Origin: Octopus vulgaris | Taxonomy: Eukaryota | DNA: 64,000 nucleotides | Direction of reading: 5' to 3' | Assembly (NCBI GenBank): GCA_951406725.2 | Contig: OX597815.1 | Location: forward strand, 142,290,001 to 142,354,000 | Translations under genes and position numbers: made by a program | In this document: positions 54,232 to 64,000 of the stretch, one piece after another | Numbering within the stretch: position 1 is the stretch's first letter | Layout of the letters: every line of letters starts with the position of its first letter | Notes under the pieces: generated by a model | What the model saw: the letters and a program-made list of their open reading frames with translations, nothing else | Database searches by the model: none | What the model was told of the DNA's origin: nothing

Positions 54232-54644
54232 TAGCCCTTATTTAGTAATGTTGTTTTTAAATGCAATGCAATTGATTTTTCTGGAGTATGAATTATATTA
54301 TAAAGTATTCTGCAACTTCAAATTAATGATGCGTATACGTATAAGTACATATTATTTTTGTATGCAAGTATATATTTTTCTCAAAAAGTTTCTTCGTACT
54401 TAAATGAAGGAAAGACAAATATTATTGTAGCCTGGCAATTCTTTTTGTAAATTATAGTTCATTTCTTTCGAGACAGCGTTAATCTCTTTGAATACGAAAT
54501 TCAGTGTAATCTTTCTGGTCAATAAATTCCTTATATTAATGCCAATGTGATCTTTTAACACATTGACTCGTTACGCCTCCAACACAATGTATAGACACAG
54601 ATCTGCATACCTATGTGTATATGTATATACACCAAGTGTGTGTG

Positions 54645-54789
54645 TAGGCGCGTCGCTTAGTGGTTACAGTGTTGTGTTCCTGATCGCAAGAATGTGGTTT
54701 CAATTCCCGGACCGGATGATGCCTTGTGTTCTTAGGCAAAAGGCTTCAATTCACATTGCTCCACTCCACTCAGCCGGTGAAAATAAGTA

Positions 54790-54790
<1 letters not shown>
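54645..54790 (+). mobile_element. Degraded tRNA-derived SINE head
   Basis: gcttagtggtta..ggtttcaattcccggacc..gctccactccactcagc, similar to the SINE at 36266. Confidence 0.7.
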
Positions 54791-54862
<72 letters not shown>

Positions 54863-54879
54863 CTATATGCATATATATA

Positions 54880-56809
54880 GCTTAGAATAACTTAGAAAGG
54901 TTTCGGCCAGTTTTAGCCCAGGCCATGTCTAACTTAACAGCACCACCTGGCGAAGACTTTCAATTCAGGATTTGGGCAACAAGGCCTATTCGAGAAGAGA
55001 ATTATTGTTTGCAGAGACATATCCGGATAGAATTTTGTGTGGTCAGTTTCTGTTTTGACGTGTCCTGGTTTAGTGTTATAGAGAGCGGGGCCAATTGAGA
55101 TGAAATAATTGGCCTGTATTGTTGCTATGCGATAAGATTTAGATTTTTGTGGTGGACGAATAACACGGGGTCCAAGTCTTGGGTATATTTTGAAGGTGAT
55201 GCCAACATCATTTGGACAGTGCTGATAGAATATTTTCCCCATCATACAGATAATGTAGCGTTCACGGCGTTGCTGGAGTGAACAGAGTTTCAGATTTTCT
55301 AGTCAACCCCAGTAGTGGAGATCTGACATGCCATATATCTTTTTCGTGATTGACCTTTGGGGAGCTTCAATTTTCATAATGTTTTGTTTCGTGTGGGAAG
55401 ACCACAGTGGACAACAGTATTCAAGATGGGGTCGGGAAAAAGTGGAGAAGAGAAATATAATGGTGTGGGAATCTCTCGACTGGCAGGTTCTGATAATCCT
55501 GGAACACATTCTGCGGTCCATGTCAACTTTGCTGCTTATATTTGTAGCCCAACTTATGTTGTTGTCCACAGTTACTCCCAAGTCTCTGATGTTGTTAGAT
55601 GCCATGAGATTTTCACCAGAAGGAAGGGAGTATGGGACTTTCAGAGCATCCTCCCTTCCGAAGTGGATCAGTTCGAATTTGCCTTCGTTTAGTAACATGT
55701 TCTTTTCCGCCCATTGGACAACAGCCAGTAGGTCTGACTGAAGGCTTATACGGTCATCCACACTATTGATGACCTTCTGGAGCTTGAAACCATCAACGAA
55801 GTTCCTGTGTTTGATGATATCAGTAATGTCATTTATATAGATGATGAAGAGAAGTGGGCCCAACACAGTACCTTGCAGGACACCACTACTGACTTTGGCT
55901 GGACTGGATTTGACTCTGATTACAAGATGTTCGGCTCTGTTTGACAGGAAGCACTTGATCTACTGCAGCAGCCTTCAAGTGACACCAATATTGGACAGCT
56001 TTCTCAAAAGGATATTATGATCAACCCTGTCAAATGCCTTGCTGAAATCAAGGTAGATAACATCACTGTTGGAACCCTCTCCCAATGCTCTCAAAATGTG
56101 ATCAAAATGATGCAGTAGCTACGTCAGGCAATCCCTTCCGTTACAGAATCCGTGCTGGTTGGAGTTCAGCATATTATTACTCTCAAGGAAGTGAGTCAAT
56201 CGCGATCTCACCACTCTCTCAAATAGCTTAATGATATGAGGGGTGAGTGAGATTGGACGGTAATTCACGGCCAGGGATTTCTTTCCCTTTTTGAAAACTG
56301 GGACAACAGACTGGGATAGAAGGTTTTCTGGTATATATCCAACATGCAGTGAATTCTGCCACAGATTGGCTAGAGGGGTGCAAGTTGGTGTTGACACATC
56401 TTCAAGACACAAGCAGGGAATATATTGGGACCTACTGCTGAATTATGCTTCATTTCCTTTATTGCTCCTAAGACATCAGGGGCGCCAAAGGTTATGTCCG
56501 ATAAGGTGTATTGGAGAGTAACATCACTGATACAGCCCAGATCAGCCACACCGGGATTGCTAAAAACAGAGCAGTATTGTTTCTGCAGCATCACTCCCAT
56601 GGTTTTGGCATTGTCTTGAAGAGTGCTATTTTCATCAGTCAGAGAGCCAACAGTAGAGCCAGTGACTGTGGTTTTTCTTGCAAATGAAAAGAACACTTTG
56701 GGACTATGTTTGATCTTCTCAATGGCCCAGACCTCTTCGGCTCTTCTCTGACTATTGATGATAGACATCATATTATTTTGGAGGCTATGGTTTTTTTAAT
56801 CTCTAGTGA
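54880..56809 (-). mobile_element. Second, 5'-truncated copy of the LINE family at 1-4268, with 3' end
   Basis: Colinear with 1-1460 and carries the same RT motifs. The 3' end reads ggcc..ggccgaaacc..ctaagttattctaag. (TA)n lies at both ends. Confidence 0.9.
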
Positions 56810-56834
56810 TATATATATATATATTATATGTTGA

Positions 56835-57000
56835 ATTACATATTACTATTCATATTGTTGAGCATAATTTTGAAATGGAGGAGTTTGGGCATGCTATCTT
56901 TCCTAAGTATAAGGGGATCATCTAAATAGCAATGAAATGAGGTGACATGTTTATGTTGTGATGATTGGTATATTTTAAGTTCTAAGTCATCCATTACAAA
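56835..57000 (-). mobile_element. Penelope-type RT remnant
   Basis: FVMDDLELKIY..FHCYLDDPLILRK..LLHFKIMLNNMNSN resembles the PLE RT M..LE...RYLDD.F.W...L..F...LN region. Confidence 0.55.
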
Positions 57001-57639
57001 GCATGCATGTATGTGTATGTATGCATAATGTATATAAAAGTTATACAAATATGTCTATGTATATAAGTGTGTGCATTTTTTGTGTGAAATTCTTTATCGA
57101 GAAGGAAACAAAATCTTAGTTCAATAAAGGAAGCAATGTAGTAGAAAAAATTGTAACGTATGTATTCAAGATATTGACCTTACAAAAAGTCTATGCTGCG
57201 TGTATGTAACGTCAGATCTCCTCTGACAGTGGAATATACTTGTATTAATTTAGTGCTATAAATAAACATTTAAAGAAAAAATATCAAAATACCAATAGAC
57301 AGAAAGCAATGGAAACTATATTTTTGTTAATATGCGATCTATGATCCAATACTGATATATAATTTGAAAGTAATGAACTGACTCACCTAAACTAAATGCA
57401 GCATTGAACAAGCACCTTTGAAGGTAACATTTTAATCGATTGCTTGGGCCGTATTTTATCTCCTTTCAACCGGAGAGATAAAGGCAATAGCCTTCGGTGT
57501 TTCGATTTCCATTCAGAATGTAAGGCCCCTTGATAAATAAGAAGTTATCTTTCGTTCTTTTCTTCTTTTTTTTCTTTTTTGCTCTGACGGTCTAAATTTT
57601 CTATCTGTCTACCGCTTTCTGGAACTGTTAAATTAGAAT

Positions 57640-58050
57640 ATTGGTTTCAAATTGTTGTACAATAATAGCAATTTCGAGAAGTAAAATCCATTAAATCGTC
57701 CCTAGTCTTCAAACGAGTATTTATTTTACCGACGCTGAATGAAAGGAAAAGTGGACCTCGACGAAAGTTGAATTCAGAAAGTATAGATGGTCGAAATGCT
57801 GCTACGCATATTGCCCTGCGTGCTAACGATTCTGCCAGCTCACCGCCCTAATATTGGTTTCATATTTTGGCACAAGGCCAGCGGTTTGGTGAGGCAAAGG
57901 CTAAAGCGATTGCATGGATCAACTGCTACTTATTTTATTGACCCCGAAAGGATGAAAGGCCAGCTCACCATCCTAGTATTGATTTCCAGTACTCATCAGG
58001 TATTTCATCGAGTCTGAAAAAATAACAACAACAACAACAACAACAACAAC

Positions 58051-58113
<63 letters not shown>

Positions 58114-58230
58114 CATGGGGAAGGGAAAGTCGACCTCGGCAGAATTCGAATTACAGAAATTAAAAGAGGTGCGAAATGTTACAAGAGATTTTTTTTTACC
58201 CAGTTTACTAACGGTTCTGCCAGCCCGCAG
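57640..58230 (-). mobile_element. Degraded SINE cluster (family of 12183) with (CAA)n(TAA)n
   Basis: taacgattctgccagctcaccgcc, gaccccgaaaggatgaaaggc and aaagtcgacctcggcagaattcgaa. Confidence 0.7.
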
Positions 58231-58750
58231 CGTTTATATTAATATAAATATATTAATATTCTATACTTACACATCGACGCTTAATCTCGTCCACAAGAGT
58301 GTCATCTAACTTAGCTAAAAAACAAGACAAGTAAAAATTATTTGCAACTATGTTCATCCTAATGTTGCCTCTCTAGACTGAAATTGCTTTTGTGAATAGT
58401 ATGTAAATTTTCAGAAATAACGGCGAAATATACTAAGGCATTTACCGTTCTATCCATATTTCCATCTCTTCTGAAAACAAAAAAAAACAAAAAACAGACA
58501 TTGAAGAACAACGATATACCCTACGAAATACCATATTGAAAAATAAATACAAATTATACAGGTCACTTGCGCATAGAGAGTTTTACTTATTCTAGCAAGC
58601 AACTATTAATATTTATTGTAATCTAGACTGCATTCTCCTCTGATATTTGTGCATGCCCATATTTCCCATAACCCGAAGTAGACCTTAGCATTGTTGTATT
58701 TAACACAATGTAACATACTCAATTTGTTAATGCATAAGTATATACTGGGA

Positions 58751-58788
<38 letters not shown>

Positions 58789-59400
58789 GAAAGCTATATT
58801 TTCAAACTCAGTCTCGCCGTTAAAATAGCAAAAACATTGGGTATTAATAACCATGCTAAGCGGAAAAATTTGTCAACAAAGAGCAATGAGATTCGAATCT
58901 CCCAACACATCGACTGAGTGTGTTACCATTAAGCTGAACTGCCCTCCAACCCATCTTTCTGCTGTTGTAATGGCGATATGGCGTTCGAAATATCACTTTC
59001 TTGTCTGTATCAAATGATATGTATTCGAAACTTCCGAAAAAAAGCTAATGTAAGTCTGTTTATATACACAGGTGATTGTTACATTTCAATAAGCTATCTA
59101 TGTAGCGTTTTAAATCGGCAGAAATGTTGTCAGCAGGCAGCTTAGCTTAATGATAAAGCATTTACATGGGTTCGACTCCCATGGTTGTTTGTTGGTAACG
59201 TTTTCCACTTTGTAAGGGTATTAATACCTATTTTTCTACAGATTATCAAACTAGTCGGATATGTGCAAACTCACGAATCTCTCGAATCTTGGGTCACTCT
59301 GTTACTTCAGCTAAATGTTACTAAAAATATACATATACTTATATTCTAAGTTCTATGTTTCCCGTTTGCATCGCCAAAACTGTGAGTAAACCTATGCATA

Positions 59401-59767
59401 GTAACAACAACAATATTACTTGGAGGTAATTTATAAATATTGTAATGCCTCGCTACTCACGTTACCACAAGTTACATGTTTCTTAAGATCGTAGTCCGTA
59501 TTCCTGAGATGATTACTGTGCATTCCGTAGTATCCATGGAAATCGGGTAGACCATGTTCATGCATTCATTTTCATATTCATGCACTCAATAAATGAATGC
59601 ATGAACATGATCTACCCGATGGCCACTGATACGACGGACTTCACTATGATCAGCTCAGGAATACGGAATATAATCTTAAGCAACAGGTAAATAGTGGAAA
59701 AGTGCGCAAGCGATGAATTAAAATATTTGTAAAATTCCAACCAAGAATTATTATGATTATTATTACT
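59401..59767. repeat. Long imperfect hairpin / fold-back
   Basis: Gapless 90-bp core arms 59482-59571 / 59591-59680 with 15 mismatches and a 19-nt loop. Weaker pairing continues about 80 bp outward. Confidence 0.85.
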
Positions 59768-59811
59768 AAATTTATCCTATATTATATCGGCATAACTCGG
59801 TGCAAGTGATA

Positions 59812-59957
59812 TCGCAACTCATTTCTACAGCTGAGTGAATTGGAGCAATATGAAATAAAGTGTCTTGCTCAAGAACACAACACACGGCACGATCTGGGAA
59901 TCGAACTTACAATCTCACGATCGTAAGCTCAACGCTCTAACCAATGGGCCATGCGCC

Positions 59958-59962
<5 letters not shown>
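59812..59962 (-). mobile_element. tRNA-derived SINE head (family of 36266)
   Basis: Reverse complement of gtgaaggcgcatggccca..gttagagcg..gttcgattccc..cttgagcaagacacttta..gtagaaatgagttgcga. Confidence 0.85.
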
Positions 59963-59997
<35 letters not shown>

Positions 59998-60505
59998 TAT
60001 ATATATATATAAATGTACTCAATGGATGTGTTTTGCTCGTTCGCCTGTTTTCTGCCGTTACAGCTCTCTAAAGATACGTCCCTAATAGTATTACGTGTTA
60101 AAAGGAAGTCGTACCTAGATCACTATAGGGCACGGATTGACGAACAAGCAGTACAAGCAAGCGATAAAGTTTATAATACGAGGGCTGCTTTTAATCAATA
60201 ATTAAATGTGTTTGTGTTGTGTGTTTGGGTGTTTGTGCCTGTGTGTGTGTTCGCGCGCGTATGAGCAAGCTTAAAATTCTTCCTCGTAGACACGCATACC
60301 ATTCTTCTTTCTAGCCTTCAGCTTCTTTCTGTATTTTTTTTATTTTACATCTTAAAGAAATGTATCTAGCAATGTTACCAGCCGCTGCTTGGCTGATTTC
60401 CATAAGCCACTGCTACAGACGTATATTTTCAACATTGTACGTCCACCTACAGTGGTAATATTTCATATCGACGTGCAGTAGTATATTTATTTATCTATCT
60501 ATCAA

Positions 60506-60545
<40 letters not shown>

Positions 60546-61908
60546 AGTTAGAGAGGGTGGGAGGAGACAGAGAGCGAGATAGATAGGTCGATAGATATGA
60601 GTTCATTTCGACTTCAAATCTGGATTCTCTCATATTATGCTCGAGCCAAGGGAAACTTTAAGTCACATTCCAGCGCTTTTTACATTATATATGTGAATCT
60701 ATAATAGTATTTAATGGTTTTACGGATAAATCGTATTTCATGCTGTTCGTTTCATGAAACTGTCTATTTCATGAGTGTGCGTATATTCTGCATGAAAATT
60801 AAATTGTAAAATATATTTCAAAGAATGTTTATTTTCATTATCTTAACTTGAACATTAAATTACCCATTTGACATACGTTCAAACGCAGTATACAATCTAA
60901 ATTTCGTCAATCACCTAAAATAGCTATGATTCTGTGACAACCAAAGCTTGTGGTTTTTTAACATCACGGGAACCACAGAAAGAAGAAAATAGACATATTA
61001 TTGATAAGGGTATTGTCGTGGGAGTTCAATCGTATTTGGAAAGTTTAATGCGATGTCTAAGTTTGAATTTTCTAAAAATATCTGTTCTTCAGAATTATTT
61101 TTCTGTTGGGATTTCTACGAAGATAATTTACTCACTAGAATATATATATATTTTTTAATTTCTATTGTAAAATTTATCCAGAATATTGCAAAATGAAATT
61201 TCAGTTAAAAATGTCTTTACTCTTGGAAGTTTGTTGTCTTTCCTACTAATCCTGTTACTTAGAATGATAGATACAAAGCTCAGCAGTAGTTGTTCGGATA
61301 TCTCAGGGAAACTAGAAATAAACATAGCCGAAATGTTTGTCATCATCCTCCTTCTCGGTATTCTCTCATGGCGAGAATTGATAATTCCTGGAACGCGGCA
61401 CTGGTTCCGAAGGAAATTATTATATGTTTTAAGATAATACCTCTGTAATGTACGTCAATTAATGCTGCTAGTGGGTACTTAGAAAATCTGCTTTGGTATC
61501 GGCGTTTAGATACTCTGAAATATATTTGCGTGTTCATACGTAAGCATAAAAATAAGAAAAAATCGTTAAGCATAATCGCTGAGATGTTAATGCTACTGAA
61601 AAATTAAATAATCGTTTACAACGCTATAATTGGATATCATAACTTTATAGAGTAACTAGATAAAAATCCACTGAAAAAAATATATATATATAAGTAGACA
61701 TATTTTACCATGATATAAAAGTAATCATCGACATTCGGTCCATTCATTGAACGGAAAGAGTAACCGTGTCTCCTGGGAAATAACTAAAATGAATCCAAGT
61801 TCACTAGCTTTTATAAAACCGCCTTTGTAAGACCATAAAATAAGAGTGCATGTATCATGTGTAATTATGCATAACTGAAATCGTGTTTTGACTGTATCTA
61901 AGTGCTGC

Positions 61909-62046
<138 letters not shown>

Positions 62047-63284
62047 ATGTATGTATGTATGTATGTATATATGTTTCTCATAATAAAGCACACTTCAATA
62101 GTTTAGCAGATAGCTAGAAGGGTCTTTAATAGCAAATATAATTTTATATAACGTCATGTAGACTTCCAAATAAAAACTAAACGTCAGTTTTTCATTGCAA
62201 ATTCATTTTGATTAGAAATCTTATTTGACATTCCACTCTCCCGAAAGCGCAAAAAGCTACGTAAAACTGAATTTCTAATATGACAGTCTTCGTTTATGAT
62301 GCCTGTATTGTTCTTGTGTGTTATGAATATATGCTGTTTCTAGAAGCACTTTTAATATGTATTTCTGTTAATATATAATATGTTTCTCCTCAGTCATCAT
62401 ACATAAGTATTATATCAAATTATAAACCTATATACACTGCAACACTCAATAAAATATTACAGACACATAGGAATAATATTGGTGTAGGCATGTGAGAATG
62501 ACAGAAAAAGAGAGAAAGAGAGGAAGCAAAATGTGACACACAGAGAGTGGGAAAGAGAAAAGAGAGAGAAAAGAGAAAGAGAAATAAATCAGACAAAGAG
62601 ATTTGCACCTCAATGCAAAGTGAGAAGTTCATTCTTTTATATCATGGACGTGTACCGAGTGGCAATCCCGGCCTTGCCAGACATATCGTCCTCTATCATC
62701 GGACAGTCTGATGACAACAGGAAAGCCATATTTTCAAACTCACTTTAAACCTTCCCTCCTGAAAATAAATAGATATTTGCACAAGTGAAATGGCCAATAC
62801 ATCAGTTCAATTTAAAATAATTTTTATATATAACTTGACATAAAATTACACATTCGTACACACACATTAGATGTGTGTGTATGTGTGAACGCCTGTTATA
62901 TTAGATATTAGCGACTTAATCAGGCTTTGTAACGAATATTAAAGTGCACTTTCAACTTAAATTGGATGTGTTTTAGAACACATTAAACTGTAGCAAACAT
63001 CACGGAAGCTCATCTCGTGTAGATGACAAGCGTTAAAAAGCACCGAATACTATATTGGCTGGGAAAATTCTCGTCAACACCAGCAGATAATACTATCGTA
63101 TTGTGTGATTTCATTGTAAATTGCGGATCAACAATAACAGCAATGCAAGCTTCATTAATGCATGTGGAGTTGCTAAATAATATTCGTAACAAAAATTGAT
63201 TCTGTCACAGCTCATTTATAACAGCCCGCCAGCTTTTCGCGTCATCACTAGCTGTGTGGCCAGTATAATATTATATTATTGTAT

Positions 63285-63900
63285 GGCCACATGTTATCAG
63301 TTCGGCTCGTTTTTGATCTCGTATTCGAGGCTTGTCAGTGTGGAAAGAAATTATGTATAAAATTAATATGTAGCTCCCACACATCTGAAGTCCAAAATAA
63401 AAAATATTCTTTAGTTCCTGAAGAAATTTACATTGATAAACATTTTTAATTTTGCAATTTCCGTTGAGAACACAAATTTTATTCGGACCACGATTACAAT
63501 ATTACAATTGATTTCATTATTTAAGAAGTGGTTATCATTATTAATGTTATTATTATTATAGTTATTAAGCGAAACCCTTTTACCGTTAAGAATATAGTTA
63601 TGTGAAGAGATAATTTGTTGGAGATTATTAGCGTTAGAAACAACAATTCTGATACGATGTGAGTTGAGAAAAGAGTGGAAACTCGAACTTTTGGAGATGC
63701 TCCTTTCGATGGCTTTACGAAACATTTAATTTGTTTGCTGTATGGAATAACAAAACTAATAGTTTTACTAGGGTCAGGCAATTTTTCGGGAGATTTCTCA
63801 TGAAAAAACCTGGAATTTTTTATCTATGTTTATAGAAGTGGGGAAGTATAATTACCTTCCTTGGACTGCTTATTTTTAAACTTACCAAGATTATGTTTTT
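63285..63900 (-). mobile_element. Penelope-like linker / GIY-YIG fragment
   Basis: FVIPYSK..HRIRIVVSNANNLQQIISSHN..N-rich..NCNC..ICVLNGNCKIKNV/YQC, the same architecture as the 14.1-15.2 kb element. Confidence 0.65.
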
Positions 63901-64000
63901 GCATAATTCCATGTAAGGAATTTGATTTAGGTTAATATATTTATGATGAATGTTTTCTTTGTATAATATTCGATTTTGTATGTTATATGTCTCACAGCAT

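Overview
AT-rich, microsatellite-dense metazoan DNA with no host exon I can support. The SINE families, R4/Dong LINEs and (TA)n/(TAA)n load look like an octopus (coleoid cephalopod) genome; this assignment is an inference. Almost all recognisable sequence is mobile-element derived: three decayed APE-RT LINEs (one with a 5' end and a Myb/SANT-like ORF1), several R4/Dong-type RLE LINEs, RTE, Hero-like, Penelope and Gypsy fragments, a DD37D (maT) Tc1/mariner and many tRNA-type SINEs. The main result is two unrelated non-coding tandem repeats embedded in (TA)n tracts (491-bp unit at 35.2-36.2 kb; 546-bp unit at 48.6-50.0 kb). Each unit carries a type I hammerhead ribozyme with a palindromic helix III, which is a retrozyme / Penelope pseudo-LTR arrangement predicted to release monomeric, possibly circular, RNAs. 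A second theme is a set of unrelated, nearly gapless fold-back inverted repeats whose arm mismatches are mostly transversions. All alignments, folds and counts were done by eye.
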